Source: a virus (lineage: Duplodnaviria > Caudoviricetes). From it: 52,875 nt of DNA. How positions within the stretch are numbered: the stretch's first letter is position 1; each line of letters opens with the position of its first letter. Made by a program: the position numbers and the translations under genes. Below the pieces are notes generated by a model. It did not search any database, was not told where the DNA came from, and saw only the letters and a list, made by a program, of their open reading frames with translations. Positions 38,527 to 48,093 of this stretch are shown here, one piece after another. Location: positions 1 to 52,875 of the IMG/VR virus record IMGVR_UViG_3300023174_000226. One strand, given 5' to 3'.

Positions 38527-41500
38527 ATGAGTTATGTTGGACTGCACGTTCACACTCACTACTCGCTGTTTGATGGCATAGCGACACCACAAGAATATGT
38601 GGATAGGGCAATTGAAATTGGAATGCCAGCCATCGCAATCACAGACCACGGTTCACTATCTGGACATCGTGAAATGTATCGTACTGCTATTGAAAAGGGT
38701 ATCAAGCCAATTCTTGGTGTTGAAGGATATATTGCACAAGACCGCTTTGACCAGAGAGACAAAGAAGAACGTGAAGAGACACCCCTAGACTTAGTTTACA
38801 ATCACTTGATTATTGTTGCAAAGAATGAAAAGGGTCTTGAGAATCTAAATAAACTAAACGAGATTGCTTGGACTGAAGGATTCTACAAGAAGCCTCGTAT
38901 GGACTGGGCTTCATTAGAGAAGTATAAAGAAGGTCTTATCATTACTTCTGGATGTTTGTCTGGCTTCTTGGCTAAGGCAATTGAAGCAGATGATTTTGCT
39001 GCTGCAAAGGAACATCTACAATGGGCTAAGAAAACTTTTGGCGATGACTACTACATTGAAGTTATGCCACATAATCCACCAGAGATTAATAAAACTATTC
39101 TTGCTCTTGCAGATGAGTTTGGCATCAAGCCTATCGTTACTCCTGACTGCCACCACGCTGGACCAGACCAGAGAGAGATTCAGGAACTAAAATTAATTCT
39201 GAACACCTATTCAAATAAGATTGAGAAAGATGCTACTTTTGCTGGTAGTCAGAAGTTTGATAATTTGATGGACAAGTTGGACTACCTGTACGGTGCTGAC
39301 CGCCAGATTACATTTAGGGACTACGAGATTCATTTACTATCTGATGAAGAGATGCACAAGTCTATGGAAGCCCAGGGTATCGTAAGACAAGATATGTATG
39401 ATAATACTATTGAGATTATGAATAAGGTTGAAGATTACAACATCAAAGACCACCTAGACTTGCTACCTGCACAATACCAGAATCCAGACCAAGAACTCTA
39501 TGAACTTGCTATGGCTGGTCTTGATACTCGTGGACTAGGTGCTGACCCAACATATCACACAAGAGTTGAAGAAGAACTTCAAATCATCAAGGATAAAAAC
39601 TTTGCTCCTTACTTCCTAGTTGTTCGTAACATGATTAACTGGGCTAAGAAAGAAGGCATTATGGTTGGTCCTGGTCGTGGTTCGGCTGCTGGTTCATTAG
39701 TTTGTTATGCATTGGGTATCACTGACGTTGACCCTATTCAGCATGGTCTGTTGTTCTTCCGTTTTATCAATCCAGAGCGTAACGACTTTCCAGATATTGA
39801 TACAGATATTCAGGATTCGAGACGTGAAGATGTAAAAGATTATTTGGTTCGTCAGTATCGTCACGTTGCTTCTATTGCAACATTCCTTGAGTTCAAGGGT
39901 AAGGGTATGGTTCGTGACATTGCTCGTGTTCTAAACATTCCGTTGCCAGATGTGAATAAGGTTCTTAAACTTGTTGATGACTGGGATGACTATCTAAACT
40001 CTAAATCAACTGCTGAGTTCCGTGACAAGTATCCAGAGATTGAACTTTATGGTGAGCAACTTCGTGGTCGTATTCGTGGTACTGGTATTCACGCTGCTGG
40101 TGTGGTTACTGCTAAAGAACCTATCTTTAAGTATGCACCATTGGAGACTAGAACAACTCCAGGTAGCAAGGAACGTATTCCAGTAGTAGCAGTAGACATG
40201 GAAGAAGCAGAACGTATCGGTCTGATTAAGATTGATGCTCTAGGTCTAAAGACCCTATCTGTTATTCAGGATACATTGGCTATCATCAAGGAACGTACTG
40301 GTACTGAGATTGACCTACATGCCTTAAATATGGAAGATGCAAATGTTTATCGTATGCTATCTGATGGTTTTACTAAGGGTGTGTTCCAGTGTGAAGCAAC
40401 ACCATACACCAACCTACTTGTAAAGATGGGTATTAAAAACTTTAATGAGTTGGCTGCTTCTAACGCTTTGGTTCGTCCAGGTGCTATGAACACCATTGGT
40501 AAGGACTATGTTGCTCGTAAACATGGTAAGCAAAACATTGACTATAAACACCAAGTACTAAAAGCATTCACAGAAGAAACCTATGGATGTATTCTATATC
40601 AGGAACAAGTTATGCTTGCCTGTGTGGAACTTGGTGGAATGACAATGGCAGAAGCGGACAAGGTTCGTAAAATCATTGGTAAGAAGAAAGATGCTAAAGA
40701 GTTTGATGTCTTTAAAGACAAGTTTGTTAAGGGTGCTTCTCGCTACCTAACTCCAAACGCCTCTGAAGACCTATGGCATGACTTTGAAGCACACGCTGGA
40801 TACTCGTTTAACAAGTCTCACGCTGTGGCTTATTCAACAGTTTCATATTGGACTGCATGGTTGAAGTATCACTATCCTATTGAGTTTATGTATTCGTTGC
40901 TCAAGAATGAAAGTGATAAAGATGCTCGTACTGAATACCTGATTGAAGCAAAGCGTATGGGCATTCCTGTTCGCTTGCCACACATCAATGAATCAGATGT
41001 TGACTTTAAAATCGAGGGTAAGGGTATTCGCTTTGGACTATCATCTATTAAGTTTATTAGTGATAACATTGCCAATAAATACATTGCTGCTAGACCATTT
41101 GCTTCATACAAAGAACTAGAAGAGTTTACATTTGGTAAGGGAAATGGGGTGAACAGTCGTGCATTACAGGCTCTACGCCTTGTAGGAGCCGCTACATTCG
41201 ATGACCAACCTAGAAACGATGAAGAAGTTCGTGAGAACCTTTATGAGTATCTAAACCTGCCAGAGTTCAACACATCCATTCCACAGCACTATCACGCATT
41301 CATCAACGATGTTGAAGAGTACGAAGAAAAGGGTGCATATGTTTTGATGGGTATGATTAAGAATATCAAGCGTGGTAAGGGCTGGTCAAGAGTAGAACTT
41401 CTTGATAAGACTGGTAGCATTGGAATCTTTGATGAAGAAAATACTACCATTGAAGCAGGTAGAACATATCTTGTATTGGCAAGTGATAACAGAATAGTAA

Positions 41501-41808
41501 CTGCAATTCCAGCAGATGAGATTAAGGGTAATCCGTCTGGTTTAATTAAGATACTAAACTATCGTCAGTTGCCATACAAGGATGATGAACTATTTGTGGT
41601 ATCATTTAAGCCAAGAGTTACAAAGGCTGGTAAAAAGATGGCATCTCTCGTATTAGCAGATACTGCTAGAGATATGCACAGCGTAACAGTATTTCCAACA
41701 TCATTCTCAAAAGCATATATGAAGATTGATGAAGGTAATGTATATAAATTCTCTTTGGGTAAAACCAAGGATGGAACAGTGATTATGGAAGACGTGGAAA
41801 ATGTTTGA
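38527..41808 (+). CDS. dnaE: DNA polymerase III alpha subunit
   Basis: PHP motifs HVHTHYS and TDHG; GRGSAAGS, PDIDTD, HAAG, KIDALGL, YSFNKSH. Confidence 0.97.
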   Translation: MSYVGLHVHTHYSLFDGIATPQEYVDRAIEIGMPAIAITDHGSLSGHREMYRTAIEKGIKPILGVEGYIAQDRFDQRDKEEREETPLDLVYNHLIIVAKNEKGLENLNKLNEIAWTEGFYKKPRMDWASLEKYKEGLIITSGCLSGFLAKAIEADDFAAAKEHLQWAKKTFGDDYYIEVMPHNPPEINKTILALADEFGIKPIVTPDCHHAGPDQREIQELKLILNTYSNKIEKDATFAGSQKFDNLMDKLDYLYGADRQITFRDYEIHLLSDEEMHKSMEAQGIVRQDMYDNTIEIMNKVEDYNIKDHLDLLPAQYQNPDQELYELAMAGLDTRGLGADPTYHTRVEEELQIIKDKNFAPYFLVVRNMINWAKKEGIMVGPGRGSAAGSLVCYALGITDVDPIQHGLLFFRFINPERNDFPDIDTDIQDSRREDVKDYLVRQYRHVASIATFLEFKGKGMVRDIARVLNIPLPDVNKVLKLVDDWDDYLNSKSTAEFRDKYPEIELYGEQLRGRIRGTGIHAAGVVTAKEPIFKYAPLETRTTPGSKERIPVVAVDMEEAERIGLIKIDALGLKTLSVIQDTLAIIKERTGTEIDLHALNMEDANVYRMLSDGFTKGVFQCEATPYTNLLVKMGIKNFNELAASNALVRPGAMNTIGKDYVARKHGKQNIDYKHQVLKAFTEETYGCILYQEQVMLACVELGGMTMAEADKVRKIIGKKKDAKEFDVFKDKFVKGASRYLTPNASEDLWHDFEAHAGYSFNKSHAVAYSTVSYWTAWLKYHYPIEFMYSLLKNESDKDARTEYLIEAKRMGIPVRLPHINESDVDFKIEGKGIRFGLSSIKFISDNIANKYIAARPFASYKELEEFTFGKGNGVNSRALQALRLVGAATFDDQPRNDEEVRENLYEYLNLPEFNTSIPQHYHAFINDVEEYEEKGAYVLMGMIKNIKRGKGWSRVELLDKTGSIGIFDEENTTIEAGRTYLVLASDNRIVTAIPADEIKGNPSGLIKILNYRQLPYKDDELFVVSFKPRVTKAGKKMASLVLADTARDMHSVTVFPTSFSKAYMKIDEGNVYKFSLGKTKDGTVIMEDVENV

Positions 41809-42139
41809 TGAAGTAGCAAAAGAACTGCACGAAACCGCAGTAGAAAAAGGTTTCTGGGGCATTGCCTATAACAATGATAGCAAAGAATCTTTGGATATCT
41901 TTATGACTAAACAACTGATGATGATTGTGTCTGAAGCGGTTGAGGTTATGGAAGCAATTCGTAAGTCCAAAGGTCCAGAAGAAGTAGCAGATGAGATGGC
42001 TGACATCATCATTCGCACACTTGACCTGTATGCAGGTTTGCGTGAGTTTGAATATGTCAATGGTAGTCTCGATGATGCTTTTGAAAAGAAGACTGGCTAC
42101 AACAAGTCTAGACCAGAAAGACATGGGGTTCGTTTCTAA
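41801..42139 (+). CDS. MazG-like NTP pyrophosphohydrolase
   Basis: SEAVEVMEAIRK...DEMADIIIR..D, K..YNKSR. Confidence 0.8.
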   Translation: MFDEVAKELHETAVEKGFWGIAYNNDSKESLDIFMTKQLMMIVSEAVEVMEAIRKSKGPEEVADEMADIIIRTLDLYAGLREFEYVNGSLDDAFEKKTGYNKSRPERHGVRF

Positions 42140-43146
42140 TGACAACTATTGAAGAAGCCTTAGCATCTTTAGACCCACGCATTCGTAAGCGTTTGACTAA
42201 TGGTGTTGGATTTAAAACAGAGTATCAACCTACACCTAGTTTTGGACTTAATCGTGCATTGAATGGTGGACTGCCTATGGGTAGACAAGTGTTGGTTTGG
42301 GGAAGTAAGTCTTCTGCCAAGTCTTCACTATGCTTGCAGATGATTGCTCTTGCACAACAGGAAGGAAAACTTTGTGCTTGGATTGATGCAGAGATGTCCT
42401 ATTCAGAAGATTGGGCTAAGAAACTTGGGGTAGATACAGATAACCTAATCGTGTCACAAGCCAGAACCATTAATGAGATGGTAGATGTTGGAACCAATCT
42501 TATGAATGCAGGTGTAGACCTGATTGTAGTAGATTCAATTACATCATTGCTACCTGCTATTTACTTTGAAAAGGATACAGATGAACTTAAACAGTTGGAA
42601 AACACTAAACAGATTGGTGCAGAGTCTAGAGATTTTAGCAACGCTTGGAAGATGCTTAATTACGCTAATAATAAAGTTAAGCCAACCCTTTTGGTTCTTA
42701 TCTCGCAATCTCGTAACAATATTTCTGCTATGTATACTAGTCAACAGCCTTCAGGCGGTCAGGCTACTAAGTTTTATTCATCAACGGTTATCAAGTTATT
42801 CTCTTCCGAATCAGACAATCAAGCAATTAAAGGCAAGATTGCAGTTGGCGATAAACTCATTGAAGAGAAGATTGGTAGGAAAATTCGTTGGGAGATTCAA
42901 TTTAGCAAGACATCGCCAGCCTTCCAATCTGGAGAATACGATTTTTATTTCCGAGGTGATGTTGGCATTGACAGCATTGGTGATTTGGTTGATACTGCAG
43001 AGATGATGGGTATTGTAGAGCGTACAGGTGCTTGGTATATCCTACCAGATGGAACTAAGTTGCAAGGTAGAGATAAGTTTGTTGCTCGTGTTCGTGAAGA
43101 CTTAGACCTACAGGATGAGATTAAGGCAAAGGTTATCAGTGGGTAA
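42139..43146 (+). CDS. recA: RecA/UvsX-like recombinase
   Basis: GGLPMGR, WIDAE, LIVVDSI, ISQ, GG.ATKFYSS, GAWY, QGRDK. Confidence 0.92.
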   Translation: MTTIEEALASLDPRIRKRLTNGVGFKTEYQPTPSFGLNRALNGGLPMGRQVLVWGSKSSAKSSLCLQMIALAQQEGKLCAWIDAEMSYSEDWAKKLGVDTDNLIVSQARTINEMVDVGTNLMNAGVDLIVVDSITSLLPAIYFEKDTDELKQLENTKQIGAESRDFSNAWKMLNYANNKVKPTLLVLISQSRNNISAMYTSQQPSGGQATKFYSSTVIKLFSSESDNQAIKGKIAVGDKLIEEKIGRKIRWEIQFSKTSPAFQSGEYDFYFRGDVGIDSIGDLVDTAEMMGIVERTGAWYILPDGTKLQGRDKFVARVREDLDLQDEIKAKVISG

Positions 43147-43315
43147 GTATACAGTTTATCCAGGTAAGTTTCCTTGCCACACTTGCAGGGTAGAAGTAAA
43201 GTCAGTAAGAGTCTATCCAGTAGAAAAACTAATTACTTGGATGTGTCCAGAGAAACATTTGAACGAAGTTAGTTTGCAAACTAAGAAGAAGCAGGACTTT
43301 GAGCGAGAGAAGTGA
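43139..43315 (+). CDS. Small zinc-binding protein
   Basis: CHTC...CPEKH; GTG 43139 overlaps the recA stop. Confidence 0.6.
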   Translation: MGKYTVYPGKFPCHTCRVEVKSVRVYPVEKLITWMCPEKHLNEVSLQTKKKQDFEREK

Positions 43316-43598
43316 AAGCAAACGCCTTGGGGCGAAACAGCACAAAAACTCTGGTAGAGGCACCCATAAGGGAGATGCTTCTTGGGAGAACTTTACTGTT
43401 GATTTCAAAGAAGTGGGAAAGTCCTTCACCCTCAATAAAGAGGTCTGGGCTAAGGCAACTACGGACGCTATTAGGAATAATAATAATCCAGCAATCGTAG
43501 TTGTCCTTGGCGATAAGGGTATTAAAACAAGATTAGCAGTCATTGAACTATCACTATTAGAGATGATACTTGACCTACTACCTTCTGATAGTGTATAA
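43299..43598 (+). CDS. Hjc-type PD-(D/E)xK Holliday junction resolvase
   Basis: E...SG...GD...VDFK pattern in 99 aa; TTG start. Confidence 0.7.
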   Translation: MSERSESKRLGAKQHKNSGRGTHKGDASWENFTVDFKEVGKSFTLNKEVWAKATTDAIRNNNNPAIVVVLGDKGIKTRLAVIELSLLEMILDLLPSDSV

Positions 43599-43599
43599 T
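43570..43599 (+). promoter_or_regulatory. Promoter in the resolvase 3' end
   Basis: TTGACC-18 nt-TATAAT. Confidence 0.6.
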
Positions 43600-43624
43600 A
43601 GAACTATAACATTAAGGAAACAAA

Positions 43625-43924
43625 ATGGAACAAACAACAATTGAACAGGTCAATGGTCTCACAGAGATTGCTGACTTTATGAATGATGAAGAACTGACTA
43701 CTGCTCTTACCTTTATTGCTAAGGTAATTCTTAAGCCAGATATTCCCCTTAACGTTGCACAAGTAGAAATCGTTCGTTTGCAAGCAATTGCTGCGAAGAT
43801 GTCTTTCAAAGCCACATGGCTAACTAACGTAGATAAAGGAGACAGAGCGAAAAAGAATATTTACTATACCGCTGCTGAGGCTATCAACAACCTCGTATCG
43901 GCTCTTAAATATATCACTCGCTAG
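43625..43924 (+). CDS. Hypothetical helical protein
   Basis: ORF with SD TAAGGA. Confidence 0.75.
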   Translation: MEQTTIEQVNGLTEIADFMNDEELTTALTFIAKVILKPDIPLNVAQVEIVRLQAIAAKMSFKATWLTNVDKGDRAKKNIYYTAAEAINNLVSALKYITR

Positions 43925-43931
43925 TGTTATT

Positions 43932-44741
43932 ATGGCAAAAAATTTATTAAGTCAGGTAATGATTAAAAAGGTAGAAAGCAATCCAAACTCTAGACCATCA
44001 TTCCTGGACAAAGAAGCACTGATTGAAAAGATTAACTCTGGTTATACTGTCAATCGTGTAGACAAGTTTCAAACAAAGAAAACGTTTGCACCCAGTACTA
44101 TTGCATTCTCTCATGGAGAGTGTCCAAGGTACTGGTATTTAGCATTTGAGGGTGCAGTATTTACTGACAATGCAGATGCCTATGGTGGTGCAAACATGAC
44201 AGCAGGAACTAAGTCGCATGAACGCATTCAGTCCGCTATGAGCAATGTCCCAGGACTACTCGTTGATTCTGAATTTAAGATTACATACGACAGTCCACCA
44301 ATCTTTGGATACGGTGACGTTATTCTTAATTGGGAAGAAAAAGAATTGCTTGGCGAAATCAAGACAATGCCACACGAGGCATTTGAATATCGCAAATCTT
44401 CAGGTAAGCCAAAGGCTGGACACCTTGTTCAGTTGCTTATTTATATGAAGATTCTAAACAAGAGCAAAGCAGTTCTCATTTATGAAAACAAGAACAATCA
44501 CGAACTACTGATTTTTCCTGTTGAACTAAATGAGTATATGTATAAGTGGGTAGAGAACGCTTTTGAATGGATGAGAACAGTTCGTAAGGCTTGGGAAGAT
44601 AAAACCCTGCCTGAGAAAAATTATCGTTCTAATTCAAAGATATGCAAGACATGCCCTATACAAGCGGCTTGTGCTTCTGCAGGTTCTGGAGAGTTAAAGA
44701 TTCAATCTCTGGAGCCTTTAGATGAAAAACAAACACTGTAG
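43932..44741 (+). CDS. Cas4-like/RecB-family exonuclease
   Basis: PS..CPR, GTKSH, GYGD, EIKT, QLLIY, CKTCPIQAAC (Fe-S type Cys). Confidence 0.85.
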   Translation: MAKNLLSQVMIKKVESNPNSRPSFLDKEALIEKINSGYTVNRVDKFQTKKTFAPSTIAFSHGECPRYWYLAFEGAVFTDNADAYGGANMTAGTKSHERIQSAMSNVPGLLVDSEFKITYDSPPIFGYGDVILNWEEKELLGEIKTMPHEAFEYRKSSGKPKAGHLVQLLIYMKILNKSKAVLIYENKNNHELLIFPVELNEYMYKWVENAFEWMRTVRKAWEDKTLPEKNYRSNSKICKTCPIQAACASAGSGELKIQSLEPLDEKQTL

Positions 44742-45021
44742 TTGGTGCGATAAGCAATTCCAAACAAAATTATCTTATCAGATATACTGCTCTCCCGAAT
44801 GTAGGGAACAAGCAACAAGAGAAAAAATTGCTGAAAAATATCTAAGAGACAAGGTAAAGAAACGTGCTGGCAAAATTAGACTTTGTAAAAATTGTGGCAA
44901 AAATATGTCAATGTATACAGAAGAAACAATTTGTCAGGCATGCGATGTAAATCCAGACGATGTTAAAGATACTCTAAAAGAGATTAAGGATATTTTAAAT
45001 GGTAAAACTAAACTTGACTAA
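44722..45021 (+). CDS. Cys-rich zinc-finger protein
   Basis: CSWC, CSPEC, CKNC, CQAC. Confidence 0.7.
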   Translation: MKNKHCSWCDKQFQTKLSYQIYCSPECREQATREKIAEKYLRDKVKKRAGKIRLCKNCGKNMSMYTEETICQACDVNPDDVKDTLKEIKDILNGKTKLD

Positions 45022-45574
45022 AAAGCCAAAGCGTTTTTGTTCTATTGATGCAAGTACCAACAGCCTTGCTTTTGCTATCTTTGAAGATAAAAAAATCATT
45101 GCTTGTGGAAAAATTAACTTTGAAGGTATTACCACATACGACAAGGTTATGGATGCTGCTAAGAAAACTAAAGCATTCTTTGATAAGTTTGATTTTGATA
45201 CCATCATCATTGAACACACAGTATTTATGAACAGTCCTAAGACTGCTGCACAACTTGCTATGGTGCAAGGAGCATTGCTTGGGGCTGCTTCCATGTCTGG
45301 GGTAAAGAAAATTGGTTCAGTATCTCCTATGACTTGGCAGAACTTTATTGGCAATAAGAAGATAACCAAAGAAGAAAAGCATGAGATACAAAAGAAAAAT
45401 CCAGGCAAATCAGTTTCTTGGTTTAAAACTCAAGAACGAAATATTCGCAAACAAAGAACCATAAACTTTGTTAATATTAATTATGATAAACAATTGGATG
45501 ATGATGATGTTGCAGATGCTTGTGCAATTGGGCATTGGGCATTACATAATTGGGATAAGGCGTTTGGTTACTAA
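44999..45574 (+). CDS. ruvC: RuvC-like resolvase
   Basis: SIDASTNSLAFAI, IIIE, LAMVQG, DDDVADACAIG. Confidence 0.8.
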   Translation: MVKLNLTKKPKRFCSIDASTNSLAFAIFEDKKIIACGKINFEGITTYDKVMDAAKKTKAFFDKFDFDTIIIEHTVFMNSPKTAAQLAMVQGALLGAASMSGVKKIGSVSPMTWQNFIGNKKITKEEKHEIQKKNPGKSVSWFKTQERNIRKQRTINFVNINYDKQLDDDDVADACAIGHWALHNWDKAFGY

Positions 45575-45729
45575 TGGCTAATAAGTTTTACACAAATGAA
45601 GCATGGCTTCGTAAAAGATTTTATCTGGATAAAAAGACACCAGAACAAATTGCCACAGAATGTGGAACAAGTGTTGAAACTATTTATGTCTATCTAGCCA
45701 AATTTGGATTAAGGAAATCAAAGAGGTAA
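45574..45729 (+). CDS. Small HTH protein (51 aa, not in ORF track)
   Basis: MANKFYTNEAWLRKRFYLDKKTPEQIATECGTSVETIYVYLAKFGLRKSKR; TAATG coupling. Confidence 0.8.
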   Translation: MANKFYTNEAWLRKRFYLDKKTPEQIATECGTSVETIYVYLAKFGLRKSKR

Positions 45730-45732
45730 GAA

Positions 45733-46266
45733 ATGTCAATTGAAGATTTAACAGTAGAGCATCTTGATGAGATGAATAAGGTTGTGGAGAAATATCTCCA
45801 GGGTGAAGAGCCTACCCAAATATCTAAAGAACTTGCACTACCAAGACAAAAGGTAGTAGCACATATTAACCAGTGGCGTGTTATGGCTTCTGACAACGCT
45901 GCAATTCGTGCTCGTGCCAAAGAAGCCCTTGTAGGTGCAGATACACATTATAATAAACTAATTAGTAAAGCATATGAGGTTATGGATGATGCAACTACAG
46001 TTGCTAATCTTGGTGCGAAGACTGCTGCAATTAAACTTGTTATGGATATTGAAAGCAAACGTATTGACATGCTTCAAAAAGCAGGTCTACTAGAGAATAA
46101 AGAACTTGCAGAAGAGATGCTAGAGATTGAACGTAAACAGGATATCCTTGTTGGTATTCTTAGAGATATTGCAAGTGAATATCCGCAGGTACGAGATGAG
46201 ATTATGCGTAGACTATCGCAGGTATCTAAAGAACAAGAGGTAATTACAATTGTCAATGTTCAATGA
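45733..46266 (+). CDS. terS: Terminase small subunit
   Basis: N-terminal HTH plus helical body, directly upstream of the large subunit. Confidence 0.65.
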   Translation: MSIEDLTVEHLDEMNKVVEKYLQGEEPTQISKELALPRQKVVAHINQWRVMASDNAAIRARAKEALVGADTHYNKLISKAYEVMDDATTVANLGAKTAAIKLVMDIESKRIDMLQKAGLLENKELAEEMLEIERKQDILVGILRDIASEYPQVRDEIMRRLSQVSKEQEVITIVNVQ

Positions 46267-48049
46267 TTTCTTTGAAGTCCTAAAAAGTAATGTATTTGCA
46301 GAAAATCCAGTAGATGTAAAAACATTTGTTGAGGGTGAAGACTATCTTGCACAACCACAGTTATCTCAAATACAATATGACATTGTTGAAGCAATGTCTC
46401 AAATCTATAGGTTAGAAGAAGTCATTGAACTTTTGGGGGAAGAAGAGGGTCGCAGATACTACAATAAGTATACTAAGAATGAAGTTATCCTACAACTTGG
46501 TAAAGGTTCTGGTAAAGACTTTGTTTCTACTGTTGCTTGTTGCTATATCGTTTATAAACTACTTTGTCTTAAAGACCCTGCTCGTTATTTTGGTAAGCCA
46601 TCTGGAGATGCCATTGATATTATTAACATTGCTATTAACGCACAACAGGCTAAAAACGTTTTTTTTAAAGGCTTTAAAACAAAAATTGAAAAATCTCCCT
46701 GGTTTGCTGGTAAATATTATGCAAAGGTAGATAGCATTGAGTTTAATAATGCTATTACTGTTTATTCTGGACACTCAGAACGTGAATCCCATGAAGGTCT
46801 TAACCTTATCTTAGCAGTACTAGATGAGATTTCTGGTTTTGCACAAGAGGTTGGAACTGGTAACGACCAAGGAAAGACCGCAGATAACATCTATAAAGCC
46901 TTCCGTGCCTCCGTAGATTCTCGCTTTCCAGACTTGGGAAAAGTAGCCCTACTATCCTTTCCACGCTTCCCTGGGGACTTTATTAGCCAGAGATACGATG
47001 CTGTTATTGCTGAAAAAGAAGTGGTAACAAAGAAGCATAAGTTTATTATGAATCCAGAATTACCAGAAGATGCAGAAGGAAATACCCTTGAGATTGAATG
47101 GGATGAGGATACTATCTTATCTTATAAGTTCCCTGGAATGTTTGCTATCAAGCGACCAACTTGGGTTGTAAACCCTACTCGTAAAGTTGACGATTTTAAA
47201 TTAGCCTTTTATACAGACCTTGGAGATGCTATGCAACGTTTTGCTTGTGTGCCAACCTATATGTCTGATGCCTTCTTTAAGCAAACGGAAAAAGTAAGAG
47301 CATGCATGACCATCAGAAACCCCATTGACCCATCTAAAAGATTTGACCCATCATTTAAGCCAGACCCAGACAAGAAGTATTTTGTACATGCTGACCTTGC
47401 ACAGAAGCACGACAAGTGTGCTGTGGCTATTGCTCACGTTGAAAAGTGGGTAAATATTCAGGTAGTTAAAGACTATCAGCAAGTAGCACCTATCGTAGTA
47501 GTAGATGCAGTAGTATATTGGGAGCCAAGAGTAGAAGGACCTGTTAACCTTTCAGAAGTTAAGCAGTGGATTCAAAATCTACGCAGACAGGGTTTTGACA
47601 TTGGAATGGTATCTTTTGACCGTTGGCAGTCATTCGATATCCAAAATGAACTAAAGCAAGTTGGAATTAAAACTGAAACTGTTTCTGTTGCTAAGAAACA
47701 CTATGAAGATATGGCTATGCTTGTATATGAGGAAAGACTTGCTATGCCAGCCATTGAGTTGCTTTATGAAGAACTTACAGAACTAAAGATTATGAAGGGT
47801 AATCGTGTAGACCACCCTAGAAAATCCTCTAAAGACTTGGCAGATGCTGTTTGTGGTGCTATCTTTGGTGCTATCTCGCATACACCTAAAGACTTAAATC
47901 AAATGGTAGAGATTCACGAGTTTAGAGATATTCGTAAAAAGACTGAAGAAATGCATGATTTTGATAAGCGTAATATTATTGAACGCAATAAGCCAGAACA
48001 AAAAGACTTGGATGCTTACTTTAAACAGTTCAACATAAATATAATGTAG
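46250..48049 (+). CDS. terL: Terminase large subunit
   Basis: LGKGSGKD, LAVLDE, HADLAQKHD, FDRWQS, DHPRKSSKDLADA. Confidence 0.92.
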   Translation: MSMFNDFFEVLKSNVFAENPVDVKTFVEGEDYLAQPQLSQIQYDIVEAMSQIYRLEEVIELLGEEEGRRYYNKYTKNEVILQLGKGSGKDFVSTVACCYIVYKLLCLKDPARYFGKPSGDAIDIINIAINAQQAKNVFFKGFKTKIEKSPWFAGKYYAKVDSIEFNNAITVYSGHSERESHEGLNLILAVLDEISGFAQEVGTGNDQGKTADNIYKAFRASVDSRFPDLGKVALLSFPRFPGDFISQRYDAVIAEKEVVTKKHKFIMNPELPEDAEGNTLEIEWDEDTILSYKFPGMFAIKRPTWVVNPTRKVDDFKLAFYTDLGDAMQRFACVPTYMSDAFFKQTEKVRACMTIRNPIDPSKRFDPSFKPDPDKKYFVHADLAQKHDKCAVAIAHVEKWVNIQVVKDYQQVAPIVVVDAVVYWEPRVEGPVNLSEVKQWIQNLRRQGFDIGMVSFDRWQSFDIQNELKQVGIKTETVSVAKKHYEDMAMLVYEERLAMPAIELLYEELTELKIMKGNRVDHPRKSSKDLADAVCGAIFGAISHTPKDLNQMVEIHEFRDIRKKTEEMHDFDKRNIIERNKPEQKDLDAYFKQFNINIM

Positions 48050-48058
48050 TGGTATAAT
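48050..48058 (+). promoter_or_regulatory. Extended -10 promoter
   Basis: TGGTATAAT right after the terL stop. Confidence 0.7.
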
Positions 48059-48093
48059 AGTCTTGTTGGGCACTTCCAACAAGGAGACTACAA

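Noticed and set aside
43932-44741. CRISPR-Cas system suggested by the Cas4-like gene
   Set aside because: No repeat-spacer array or other cas genes; solo Cas4-like nucleases are common in phages.
1113-48049. Inteins or introns in nrdJ, dnaB, dnaE, recA or terL
   Set aside because: ORFs are continuous, of normal length, with no splice-junction or homing endonuclease motifs noticed.
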